Source: an uncultured virus (IMG/VR IMGVR_UViG_3300027747_004323)
Lineage: Duplodnaviria; Heunggongvirae; Uroviricota; Caudoviricetes
Virus record (IMG/VR): IMGVR_UViG_3300027747_004323
Reading direction: 5' to 3' (one strand)
DNA: 64,000 bases
The notes under the pieces: generated by a model
Told to the model about the DNA's origin: nothing
What the model saw: only the letters and a program-made list of their open reading frames with translations
Databases searched by the model: none
Position numbers and translations under genes: made by a program
Shown: positions 9,326 through 18,842 of the stretch, one piece after another
Position numbering within the stretch: the stretch's first letter is position 1
How the letters are laid out: each line of letters begins with the position of its first letter

Positions 9326-10531
9326 CTATCCAATTGTCTCCAACTTGAGCGGTAAAGGCTTGTCGTAACCCGGCACAGACACGGAGTCGAATGTTTCCAC
9401 GTCACCGAGTCGAGAAGCATCGACGTCGAGGAGTAGCGCGTCGTGGAGCACGAAGAGGGGACGGACGCCTTCGCTTCCGAGCTTCTGGATCACAGCATCG
9501 AAGCCGAGCATCGCGACGTCCACTCCGCTCGACTGTGCGTACGTGTTGACGAGGAGGTTGTCCTGTCCCTGTGCGACGGGGACGGGTCTACCGAATCGAT
9601 TGACGATCGTCCCAGACTTCGCCGCTTCCTCGCGGAGGCGACGCTTCAGGGGCTCGACACCGAAGTGCATGCGGATGGCACCGATGAACGCGTCGATCTC
9701 CTTGTCAGACACGCCGAGGCGGGCCTTCAGCGAGGCCCGCGAGATGCCGTATAGTTCTGCGAGGACGGCCGTCTTCACGACGTCCCGTGCGACCCGACCG
9801 CCGAAGAGACTCTGCGACACGTCCTCGTACATGTCCTCCGCGTCGGAATGGCGACCCGCCTCTGCGAGGACGATCCTCGCCTCCAGCGCCCTGAAGTCGA
9901 GGTAGGCGACGGACCCGCCCTCGAAAGACGACCGAAGGACGCTGCGGCACGACTTCTTGAGGACGAGGATGTTGGGTCCCTCCGCCACCGTGAGACGACC
10001 CGTCCTCGTGGCGAATCGATCGTATACGACGGGATGTGCGAATCCGCTCCGCTTGGGACGAAATCCCTCGAGGGCAGCCGAGTTCTGCCCCGCAGACTCC
10101 GCACACTTGGAGAGTTCCTCAGCGTCGACTTTCGCTGGTCGGAGGGACGAGAGGACCCTGCTGCCGGCGACCCATGCGGTCTCGTAGTAGTCGAAGGGTA
10201 ATCTCGGGAATGCGTCCATTGTTTCCTGCACGAGACTTTTGAAGAATATTCTGAACTCACCCTGCGGCAGCGCATGCTGCCACGGAATGGGAAAGGACCC
10301 CGTGGTGAGACACCGCATCGCGTTGACGTACCTCTCGGGAGGCGTGGTCGCCTTGTGGCCCACGAGACGGAACAGCGTGTCGAGGCACTTTGCCGAAGGT
10401 GCGGTCTTTGCCTCTCCCGAGAGGTGCCATGTGTCCCGAGGCACGGAATCCGACCATGTGAAACCCTCTGGGTCGCCGACGATGTGTCGAGAAGTTCCGA
10501 GGAGCGATGAGTCTATCGTGAAACGCCTCAC
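9326..10531 (-). CDS. polA: Short family-A DNA polymerase (polymerase domain only)
   Basis: TRTGRL, motif A LDFRALEARI, motif B KTAVLAELYG, NTYAQSSGVD, motif C LHDALL; GTG start; 401 aa. Confidence 0.8.
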   Translation of the reverse strand: MRRFTIDSSLLGTSRHIVGDPEGFTWSDSVPRDTWHLSGEAKTAPSAKCLDTLFRLVGHKATTPPERYVNAMRCLTTGSFPIPWQHALPQGEFRIFFKSLVQETMDAFPRLPFDYYETAWVAGSRVLSSLRPAKVDAEELSKCAESAGQNSAALEGFRPKRSGFAHPVVYDRFATRTGRLTVAEGPNILVLKKSCRSVLRSSFEGGSVAYLDFRALEARIVLAEAGRHSDAEDMYEDVSQSLFGGRVARDVVKTAVLAELYGISRASLKARLGVSDKEIDAFIGAIRMHFGVEPLKRRLREEAAKSGTIVNRFGRPVPVAQGQDNLLVNTYAQSSGVDVAMLGFDAVIQKLGSEGVRPLFVLHDALLLDVDASRLGDVETFDSVSVPGYDKPLPLKLETIG

Positions 10532-10572
10532 ACCACGACTCTAACACGCAGAACGAAGCGTTTACACTTCCA

Positions 10573-13500
10573 TCACTTTGACTTGCCCGCGGGTGCGGGC
10601 TTCGCCTTGTCTTTGTTTTGTTCACCCAGAGCCTTTGCCGCAGATGCCATCGCTCCTGTAATTTGGGCACCAGAAGACTGGGACACTGAGAACTTGCCGT
10701 AGCCGTTACTGAACGAGAACGTCCACTGGGTCGTGAACTTGCCCTTCGCGATGTTGTGCTGGATCTGGGTGCAGATGTAGAGGTTGTCGATCGTCGTTCC
10801 CGTGTCGAGGTCGATGAAGAAGTTTTGGTAGAGCTGTGCAGTGGGACATCCCAGCGACATCATCGTGAGTTGCATCGGCACAGTCCTCATGGGAAGTCCT
10901 CCGAACGGCCCGGATTCCTCGAGTCTATTCGACGACATCGTGGACTTTCCGCTCTTGGTTCCCTTGATCGAATTCATGAGATTGAGGGTACCCTGTTGAC
11001 CGTCTGTCTTCGATGACGCCTGCACTGTCGACACGAGGGAACCATTGTAACCCACGTTGATCGTGGGGACTCCTGTCTTGAGGGCTTCTTTGAGAGAGCG
11101 CCGGTCGCGGCCAAACTGGATTTTCATTCCCTGGGGTTGCTTTATGATGTCGAATTGGGCGATCTCCGTGGCCGTTGCGCCGTATTCTTGGAGAGATTTT
11201 TTATAGTCTGCGCCCGTCGCCTGGATTGCTGCTATGAGCTTGCTCTGTTTCTCTTGCTCGGCCTTCAAGGCTTCTTTTTGAAGGTTCGTCAGCTTTGATT
11301 TCAAGAACGCGCTAAACTTCGCGTCGATCTTATCAGTGTCAACCTCGCCCAGTTCGTATCCTTCGGCTGTATTGAGGATCTTCTGCGCGAGCTTGTAGGG
11401 ATTGTTCTGCTTGTCGTAGATGTGGATCTTCTTGATGATCTTCGTCGTAGAAGAAGCTCCCGTGTCTGACATGAGAGCTCGAAAGTCGGCCTTCAACATG
11501 TCGATCATCTGCGTCTCGTTCTTCGCGGCGTCGTGCGTCTCGATCTGCATCTCGATGAGAGGCAGCTGCAGAGATCCATAATCTGAAGCCCACTTTATCA
11601 TGCCGTCAGCAGCCATATCTGCTGGGGATTTTCCGCCTTTGGTGGAAGCCTCCTTGGGAAGTTCCTCAACGGTGCCGAGCTTCGTGGGATCCGCGCTCTT
11701 GAAGAAGGAGTTCATTCCGTAGCCGATCGCGCGCTGGTCGGTGAATTGTGTGCCGATGACGAGCCCGAGAAACGACTGTATCGTCAAGGCATCAGTGCCC
11801 GACGACTTCACTTCCTCGGCGTATGCATAACCGAGATTCGTGAGTGCTATGGGAAATTCTGCGATGCTGTGTCCGCTGATGGGGCCACATGAGTCGTTGA
11901 GGCCATAGAACACAACCTGGAGTTCGTTACATTTTGCGGAGCTTGCGATCCCGGGTACGACGAAATCAAGAAACAGCTTACCGAAAGAGATCACTTCTTT
12001 CCTGAAGGGAGCTAGAACAAAGGGCGGATCCTTGTCCTTGCTCTTTTTCGCCTCGTCCAACTTCTTCGCGATCTCCGCATTCCTCTCTTTTGACTTCGAG
12101 TTGTACTCATTGATGACACGGAGTAGGTCGGCGTCGTGTGTCTTAGCGCCAGAAGAGATGTTCGCGTCTGAAGGTAGAAAGGGATCCGGTCCGTCGGCAA
12201 GCTTGTCGAATTTTCCTTGTACGTAAGTCTGTACGCTGGTCACTACGCTGGCATTGTTCTTGACTTTTTCGATGGCGCTTGAGAGTGCAGACACATCCTT
12301 CTCGAGAGCGCTGTTCTTCTTCATCGCTGCGATGAGTTGTTCCTGCGCCTTGTCAACATTTACGTCCTTCTTGAGAGACGCGAAAGAACCTCCAGCGGCT
12401 GCGTTGAGGACTTGCTCAGGTGCTCCCGACAGCGTGAAAGACGATTCTCCTGAGATCTTCGCCTTGATGTCACTGATCGTCTGTAGAGCCTTGTTAAAGT
12501 CATCGAGTGCAGACGCCGGTGAGCCTGCGCCACCGTGGGCGACGGTGAGTTCGTCCATCGTCTTGGAACCCTTCAAGATCATCTCGAGAGTCATCGTCAT
12601 CTGCCCGGTCTGGTCGAAAGAGTAGTTGGCGTTGATGACAGACCAGCACTCACGCATCATCATGTTGTCGTTGATGAACTTGCTGAATGGATCCTCCTCG
12701 CCGCGGCCTCGAGGGGCCAACCAGCCGTACGTGGTCCAGACCACAGCTGAGCGGAATCCAGGTGCCCCTCTGATAAACTCCGAAAATTCCGACATCCTGC
12801 TCTTGTCGTGAATTTTCATCCTTAGTGTGGCCTTCTTGTGTGTGAACTTTCCCGCACCGGCGTTGAGCACCGTGATGTCCAAGCCCTCTATCGAAGCGAA
12901 GGGTAAGAAAGGCTTGGGTCTGACGAGCCTCACAGTGCCGAGGTCGTATCCAGCGCTGTCCATGTTCGACAAGGACTGAGGCATGAGAAACATCTCCATG
13001 CCCGAATACGACGTGACCGTGCCGTTCACTTCCTTTCCCTCGACGGAAAGCGGTACGAGACTGGCGTCCACGAGGGCCCTGTCGATCGGAGACACGTCTG
13101 AGGTCGTCATGTCCCTGGATCCGAGGAGGAACCGCATCGAGGAGGGGCGGTTGGACTGAGTGGGTCCGGACTGGTCGTCGGTTATCTGGAAAGTCACGTC
13201 GAGACACGGGACTAGCTGGGCTGCGAGGATGCTCGGTGTGTAGTTGAGGAAGATGTCCAACTCGTAGACGCCTCTTCCCGAAGGTGCGACATAGGGGTCC
13301 TTGACGACGAAGGCTGAGGCTTTGAAATTGACCGCAGATTTGAGTTCTGGCACGATGTCGCCGAGGCTATTCACACCGCTCCAATACTTCTTCGAGATGT
13401 CGCCGAAGTCGACGTACGACATCTGCGCGTCCGAGCCGATGATGTGGTACATCGCGCCGTATTCTTGCTTGCTTTCTGCGGGTGCTTTCGTGAGGTTGTC

Positions 13501-13674
13501 CGTCAGCTTCTTGTGGATGTCGACGAATGAGTAGATCTTTCCGCCGGGGTGAAGTACGAGACCCTTCAACAGATCGGGAAGTGGCAACACTGTCGTGTCG
13601 GGCGCCTCGACGAACGACGCGCCGAGGGGATTCCGAAATTGAAAGAGGGACTCTATCGTGTCGAAGTCGCCCAT
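10573..13674 (-). CDS. Large putative baseplate hub protein
   Basis: 1033 aa, immediately downstream of the LysM-like gene; C-terminal LYICTQIQHNIAKGKFTTQWTF resembles hub C-termini; call is mostly positional. Confidence 0.5.
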   Translation of the reverse strand: MGDFDTIESLFQFRNPLGASFVEAPDTTVLPLPDLLKGLVLHPGGKIYSFVDIHKKLTDNLTKAPAESKQEYGAMYHIIGSDAQMSYVDFGDISKKYWSGVNSLGDIVPELKSAVNFKASAFVVKDPYVAPSGRGVYELDIFLNYTPSILAAQLVPCLDVTFQITDDQSGPTQSNRPSSMRFLLGSRDMTTSDVSPIDRALVDASLVPLSVEGKEVNGTVTSYSGMEMFLMPQSLSNMDSAGYDLGTVRLVRPKPFLPFASIEGLDITVLNAGAGKFTHKKATLRMKIHDKSRMSEFSEFIRGAPGFRSAVVWTTYGWLAPRGRGEEDPFSKFINDNMMMRECWSVINANYSFDQTGQMTMTLEMILKGSKTMDELTVAHGGAGSPASALDDFNKALQTISDIKAKISGESSFTLSGAPEQVLNAAAGGSFASLKKDVNVDKAQEQLIAAMKKNSALEKDVSALSSAIEKVKNNASVVTSVQTYVQGKFDKLADGPDPFLPSDANISSGAKTHDADLLRVINEYNSKSKERNAEIAKKLDEAKKSKDKDPPFVLAPFRKEVISFGKLFLDFVVPGIASSAKCNELQVVFYGLNDSCGPISGHSIAEFPIALTNLGYAYAEEVKSSGTDALTIQSFLGLVIGTQFTDQRAIGYGMNSFFKSADPTKLGTVEELPKEASTKGGKSPADMAADGMIKWASDYGSLQLPLIEMQIETHDAAKNETQMIDMLKADFRALMSDTGASSTTKIIKKIHIYDKQNNPYKLAQKILNTAEGYELGEVDTDKIDAKFSAFLKSKLTNLQKEALKAEQEKQSKLIAAIQATGADYKKSLQEYGATATEIAQFDIIKQPQGMKIQFGRDRRSLKEALKTGVPTINVGYNGSLVSTVQASSKTDGQQGTLNLMNSIKGTKSGKSTMSSNRLEESGPFGGLPMRTVPMQLTMMSLGCPTAQLYQNFFIDLDTGTTIDNLYICTQIQHNIAKGKFTTQWTFSFSNGYGKFSVSQSSGAQITGAMASAAKALGEQNKDKAKPAPAGKSK

Positions 13675-13970
13675 CAGCCTGTCACCTTTTGCTTCACCGT
13701 CGCGAGGTCGACGACCTTTATCACGGTGCCGGGTGGGATCTGCATCCCCCAGCCTATGTCACTCGCCGCGGCGAGGACCCACCAGTAACGAGCGTCGCCG
13801 TATATGACACCCGCCAGGGTATCGAGCCTGTCGTCGCCCGTCGCGATCACTTGACCTACGATGGGAATGAGACCCGTCTTGATGGCGGAACGGAGGTAGA
13901 CGAGTGAGGTGTTCGTTCCGAGCTGTCCTCCAAGGTTCAGTCTAGGATCTTTTGCATACCTTTTTGACAT
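13674..13970 (-). CDS. LysM-like baseplate protein (gpX/gp53-like)
   Basis: GDDRLDTLAGVIYGDARYWWVLAAAS...IPPGTVIKV. Confidence 0.75.
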   Translation of the reverse strand: MSKRYAKDPRLNLGGQLGTNTSLVYLRSAIKTGLIPIVGQVIATGDDRLDTLAGVIYGDARYWWVLAAASDIGWGMQIPPGTVIKVVDLATVKQKVTG

Positions 13971-13996
13971 GATTCGCTCAACTCCTCATGGTGGTG

Positions 13997-16900
13997 TCAA
14001 CTGTCCGACTTGTAAATGATGTCGTTAGCGTAGCTAGATCCGACAGGATAGATCGGTGCCCTGTTCATGCCAAGGTGATCAAGACCCGGAGTGATGTCGT
14101 GTATCGGAGAGAACGAGATGGTGACCTTGCACATCTTTGGTGCCCTTCGGCCTCGTTGAGGCTGAGGATTATCGACGCCCGCACCGATCTCCCATGTCAC
14201 TCGGTCGTACCAGTCGAAGTTCATCGACTCGATGAATCCTGCGAGGCCCTTTCCGCCGGACGATCGGAAGGAACGCGAAATTGCGTTTCCTTTCTGCGGA
14301 TCGTTGTCAATCATGAAGTCGTTGACGGCGTCCATGTAAGCAGTGGAGATTCCCTTGGTTCCGAGATATTCTTGGATCTTTTCTGTTATCTTTATTTCAG
14401 TAGTGGGCGTAGGCTCCAAATTGCTGATGTGAATGTCGAAAGTAGTACCCAAGACGTTCCTCTTGCTTCCTGCAGCGCCGCTTGCGGCGGCGACGGAAAC
14501 GGGTATCTGAGTAGGATCTGGTGCGGAAGCTTTTTTGTCTTCTCCCTTCGCCTCAACTACCTTGAGTTGAAACCAACCAGGCTTATCCGGTATTTCCTTG
14601 ACCAATTCGAGACATAGTCCAACAGGTAACGATTGAGGCTCAGGCGGCGGCGCTGAATTTCCGACAGGTAGCGGAAGACCGATACCCTTCGGCGGTGTAT
14701 AGAAGAGTTGTATTGTTGTGAAGTAAGTGTTTCCTGGTGCTGCTGTCTCGATCTTCGCTTTCGTTCTTCCCGATTCTGTCTCCAGACGATTGACATATTC
14801 CTTCTTTTTTGCATCTACTGAAGTTTCGACTGTGTTTCCGTCGAAAGTCGTCCCCGCATAAGTGGCACCGAACAGCCTAGCGAGGTGAAACTTAGAATAG
14901 TTTGATCGTATCAGATCACCTATCCTGAGGCGTATCATCGGTGACGCCTGTATCGTCTGACTGAAGGGGGCATAGAAAGAGTTTTTGCCCATTGACGCAC
15001 CCCTTCCCTCCGAGAACTGTGGATACACCATCGTCGTGAGCTTGTTGATCTTCAGCCACATGGAGTTGAAGTCTGCGGGATTGGTCGCTGAAATATAGAA
15101 AGAGAAGCCTATTTTTCTTTGTGTCCCCTTGTACGTCTTGATGGGTTCCACCCTTCCGAAGGCGTCGAAAGAGTCGTACGACGGAGAATAGTCGTCGCTC
15201 AAAGATGCCAAGAAAGCATGAAAGCTAATGATCTCGTTCGTTCGGACGTCATGGAGATAGAAGGGAACGTATTCCGCCTCTAACGCCTCTTCCATCATCT
15301 CTCGATTCTCTGTAGGTATTCTTCCTGAATCGCTACCGACGTAGATTCCGCCGTACTTAAGACCATTCTTGCCGCCAGGATCGGGTGCAATTGTTGGTAG
15401 GAGTGAGGGGGCGCCTAACTTCTTGTTGCCGTCAATCGCTGCAGCTTGACCATAGCCAGTGGGCATGATCAACATGTCAGGTGCACGATAGGAAGACCAA
15501 GCAAGCGTTCTCGAAAAAGCTTTTGTCTCTACGGTACCACCTAAACGTTCTCTGCTCGCAGCATCGTTCGTTCGACCATCTACGCTGTCTATCTTTGAAG
15601 GGTGCCTCCTCGTGAATCCCGTAGACACCATGTCCTTGAGGAATTCCTCGTCGACGCTCTTGTCCTCGATAATGTCGTCACCGAGGCGCGCGAAGACGTT
15701 GATGGCCCTGAAGAACTTCGACTCCCTAAAGACATCGAGCATACCGAAGAGTGCCTTGACTCCAGAAAGGGCTCCCGTCGCGAATGCCTTTCCGAGGTTG
15801 CGGAATGCGTCGCCGATCGCGACGAAAGAGCGCGAGATGTTCCTCGCCATGATTGAGTAGTAGCCGGGCTGCTGTGCGACTGAGAGCGGTCCCTCTTTCA
15901 GAACGTCGAGAAGGAGAGCGAAGGAGCTCGTGTCGCCTGACGGGTCGATTCCAAAGAAAGCCAGAGAGCCTATCGCGATGCAGTCGCCCATCTGGTGACG
16001 GGTCTGAATGAGTCCTATCGCACGCCAGAAGTTGAACTTTCCGCCGATGATCGCCTTGATGATTCCTGCGATGGAGGTGTAGTCGCCCTTAGAAGGATCG
16101 TCTCTAAATGCACCGTAAAATGGTCGTCCCAAATCGTCTGTCACGAATTTGTCATTTCCACCGTTGCCCGGGCTGATCAGCTTCATGAGCAGTGCGAAGA
16201 CGCCGATTATCACGACGAGGGCGAGGAGCATCGCGACGGCGAGCAACTGCATTCCCCAGTTCGTGATGCCGCTGAACTGGTCGTGCACGTTGTTGAGCGT
16301 TCCCCACGACACGCCTGCAGGACTGATCACCACCGACTCGCTGATTCCGTCCGAGATGCCGTCCTTCTTCAGGAAGTCGATGAACGAGCGTGCCTCGAGC
16401 TCTTCTCGATTGGGACGATACAGGCCGAGCTGTGCCGCTCCGGGCACGAGACCACGAGTCTCTGCCCCGTCACCCGAAGGATTTCCAACGTCCTCAGGTG
16501 CAGAACCCAGTTCGACAGAAGACCTGAACGACAGCGCTGAGCCGAGCTGGGCGAGCTGTCCGAAAGTGACGTCGCGTTCCGCGATCGAAGTACCCATCGT
16601 GTACTTCCTAGCGAACAGCTTCGTACCGAGGCCTGCGCCTCTCGAAGATCCTCCCGTCGGATCCCAAGTGTTACGTCCCTTCTCGATGCCGGAGGCGCCG
16701 TCGGCAGAGTACTCGACCCTGGAGGCGTTGACGCCTAGACCTGTCTCGAAAGGAGCATCAGGATTGAATCTATTGTAGATGACTGACTTGCTGACGTCAC
16801 CGCCGGAAGACGGTCCATAGTAGTCCTGGAGGATCTTGTTTGTCGATGTTACGACTGTCGTCTTTAGCTGTGGGAGCGAACCACCTTGCGCCTCTGCGCC

Positions 16901-18568
16901 CAGTTGGTCCTTGCCGTCCAACTCGCCCGGTATAGCTTCCCGTAGTATCTCTTCGCCGCCGTTTCGAAGGGCGAGAGCAGCGGGAACACCCAGAGGGTCG
17001 AGTCGTGCAGCAGCAGATGACCTGCTACGGATCTTTTCGAAATCGACGAAAGTCTTCTGATTCTCAGGAGAGGCCTGAGGTAGAGTTGGCAGTCCCAGCG
17101 GATCCAGAAGCTTGAGAGTCTGTGCTGTTCCTCCGGGGTCTACGTCGACAGGATACGGGTTGCCTGCGAAATTCCACTCTGTGGGGCGGAGAATCGATGT
17201 GCTTTGACCCGGACCCGTCTTCGTGATGTTTCCGAGGTAGTCTGAAAGAGTCTTCAGGCGAGCCTTCGGGACGTCGACGCCGTTGGTGGTGAGTCCAACG
17301 AAAGGCTCAGACGCTATCTTGTTGGCAGGACGCAGCGGGACCGTCTTTCCCGCTTCGAGATAGTTGCTGCTGGGCGTGTAACTGTTGCCGCCGAGCACAC
17401 CGTCGGTGTAGATCTTCACCGGGCTCGCCTTGGGAGCGTCGACGAGCTTCGAGAAGTTCGCGGTGCCTCTGGGAGGGGGCGAGGCAGCACCGGACGACAC
17501 GACCGCGGAAGTCAACAGGAAGTTTCCGTCGACTGATTTGTCCTTCGTCGCGTCTGTGGAGGGTTCTGGTTTCTGACGTCCCCTGAGGATGTTGAACTTC
17601 TCTGCGAACGAAGACCTGCTCGACCACGACCAAGAAGCGGCGAGGTCCTTCGCGAAGATCGTCTGACCGGGCGTGAGGTTGGATATCGGAAGGGTGGGAT
17701 ATCCTGCTGTCTCAAGAGACGCAGCTTGGATCGTCACTGCGTCGATCGGATAGATGTTTCCGACCGACATGGGAGACTCACCGTTCTTCGTGATGTTGAC
17801 GAGGTACGATGAGGCGACGGCGAGGTCAGCAGGAGTCTTGTCCTGCTGCGGCATCGGTGAGAACGTCGTCGTCTTCAGGGTATTTGCGAGACGCAGAACG
17901 AAGGGCTGGCCGGCCTGGAGGAACAACTTGTCGACGCTATAGGTGTTCTTGCCGATGACACCCTCAGTGTAAGTCTTCACTGGACTTACAGGTGTGTTTG
18001 GGTCTATTCCTTGAAGCTTAGAGAAGTTGAGAGTGCCGGGCGGCGGCGGATTTTCTGGTGCGGGGGCAAAGGCGACGGCCGCCGGAAGGAGGGTGTTTCC
18101 GTCGTATACAGCACCGTTAGGAGGCTCGGCTGCACCTCGGACGATGTTGAGATTAGCAGCGTCAGACGACCTGCTGTCGCCCGGTGTGACGTCTGCGAAG
18201 TGTGGTTGTGAGTTTCCAAAAGAATAAGGCGTGAGAGGCGCTGTGTTTCCCGCAGCATCACGGAGCGTCCCTGGGATTGGTACTTCCGCAGGCGCGTGAT
18301 AGACTGGGTACTTGTTGGGCTTTTGTCCTCCCGAGGACCTTGTGGAACCGAGTGTGGTGGAGCTGAGATACGATGCCAGAGTCTGCCTAGTACCGGGAGA
18401 CAAGTCGACCATAGACTTGCTCACTTTGACCTGACCGGGGCTCCAGTCGACCTGAGACGGTTCGTCAACTCCTATGTCGTAGGTGTGAGCCTTTCCGTCA
18501 GAGGCGGGGAATCCTCCCGTTCCTGTATCTAGACCCTGTCCGGGACCGGGGTATTTGGGATCGGCCAT
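13997..18568 (-). CDS. Large tail/baseplate protein with C-terminal tube-initiator-like domain
   Basis: 1523 aa; FHAFLASLSDDYSPSY..GRVEPIKTYKGTQRKIGFSF..KINKLTTMVYP..PMIRLRIGDL; follows tape measure. Confidence 0.6.
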   Translation of the reverse strand: MADPKYPGPGQGLDTGTGGFPASDGKAHTYDIGVDEPSQVDWSPGQVKVSKSMVDLSPGTRQTLASYLSSTTLGSTRSSGGQKPNKYPVYHAPAEVPIPGTLRDAAGNTAPLTPYSFGNSQPHFADVTPGDSRSSDAANLNIVRGAAEPPNGAVYDGNTLLPAAVAFAPAPENPPPPGTLNFSKLQGIDPNTPVSPVKTYTEGVIGKNTYSVDKLFLQAGQPFVLRLANTLKTTTFSPMPQQDKTPADLAVASSYLVNITKNGESPMSVGNIYPIDAVTIQAASLETAGYPTLPISNLTPGQTIFAKDLAASWSWSSRSSFAEKFNILRGRQKPEPSTDATKDKSVDGNFLLTSAVVSSGAASPPPRGTANFSKLVDAPKASPVKIYTDGVLGGNSYTPSSNYLEAGKTVPLRPANKIASEPFVGLTTNGVDVPKARLKTLSDYLGNITKTGPGQSTSILRPTEWNFAGNPYPVDVDPGGTAQTLKLLDPLGLPTLPQASPENQKTFVDFEKIRSRSSAAARLDPLGVPAALALRNGGEEILREAIPGELDGKDQLGAEAQGGSLPQLKTTVVTSTNKILQDYYGPSSGGDVSKSVIYNRFNPDAPFETGLGVNASRVEYSADGASGIEKGRNTWDPTGGSSRGAGLGTKLFARKYTMGTSIAERDVTFGQLAQLGSALSFRSSVELGSAPEDVGNPSGDGAETRGLVPGAAQLGLYRPNREELEARSFIDFLKKDGISDGISESVVISPAGVSWGTLNNVHDQFSGITNWGMQLLAVAMLLALVVIIGVFALLMKLISPGNGGNDKFVTDDLGRPFYGAFRDDPSKGDYTSIAGIIKAIIGGKFNFWRAIGLIQTRHQMGDCIAIGSLAFFGIDPSGDTSSFALLLDVLKEGPLSVAQQPGYYSIMARNISRSFVAIGDAFRNLGKAFATGALSGVKALFGMLDVFRESKFFRAINVFARLGDDIIEDKSVDEEFLKDMVSTGFTRRHPSKIDSVDGRTNDAASRERLGGTVETKAFSRTLAWSSYRAPDMLIMPTGYGQAAAIDGNKKLGAPSLLPTIAPDPGGKNGLKYGGIYVGSDSGRIPTENREMMEEALEAEYVPFYLHDVRTNEIISFHAFLASLSDDYSPSYDSFDAFGRVEPIKTYKGTQRKIGFSFYISATNPADFNSMWLKINKLTTMVYPQFSEGRGASMGKNSFYAPFSQTIQASPMIRLRIGDLIRSNYSKFHLARLFGATYAGTTFDGNTVETSVDAKKKEYVNRLETESGRTKAKIETAAPGNTYFTTIQLFYTPPKGIGLPLPVGNSAPPPEPQSLPVGLCLELVKEIPDKPGWFQLKVVEAKGEDKKASAPDPTQIPVSVAAASGAAGSKRNVLGTTFDIHISNLEPTPTTEIKITEKIQEYLGTKGISTAYMDAVNDFMIDNDPQKGNAISRSFRSSGGKGLAGFIESMNFDWYDRVTWEIGAGVDNPQPQRGRRAPKMCKVTISFSPIHDITPGLDHLGMNRAPIYPVGSSYANDIIYKSDS

Positions 18569-18577
18569 TTTGCTCCG

Positions 18578-18829
18578 TTACTCAGATGAGATGCTTCCGC
18601 TCTTAACTAGGCTTGTGTTCATTTCTTCCATCGCTTTCTTTAGCGATTCCGGTCCAGCGTTGCCTGATCTGACGATGGGATCGAAGAGATTGTCGTACGT
18701 CCGCAGGAGGAAGTCCTCCGTGTGTGCCTTCACAGCTCGACGTTCCTCTGGGGTCGATGCCCTGTCGAGTATCATCTTGAAGTGAGGATTCTCACGAAGC
18801 ATCTTCAACATTTCTTCACGTGACACCAT
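18578..18829 (-). CDS. Hypothetical protein
   Basis: 83-aa ORF filling the gap between tape measure and baseplate gene; AAAGGTG upstream. Confidence 0.6.
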   Translation of the reverse strand: MVSREEMLKMLRENPHFKMILDRASTPEERRAVKAHTEDFLLRTYDNLFDPIVRSGNAGPESLKKAMEEMNTSLVKSGSISSE

Positions 18830-18842
18830 TTCTATTCACCTT

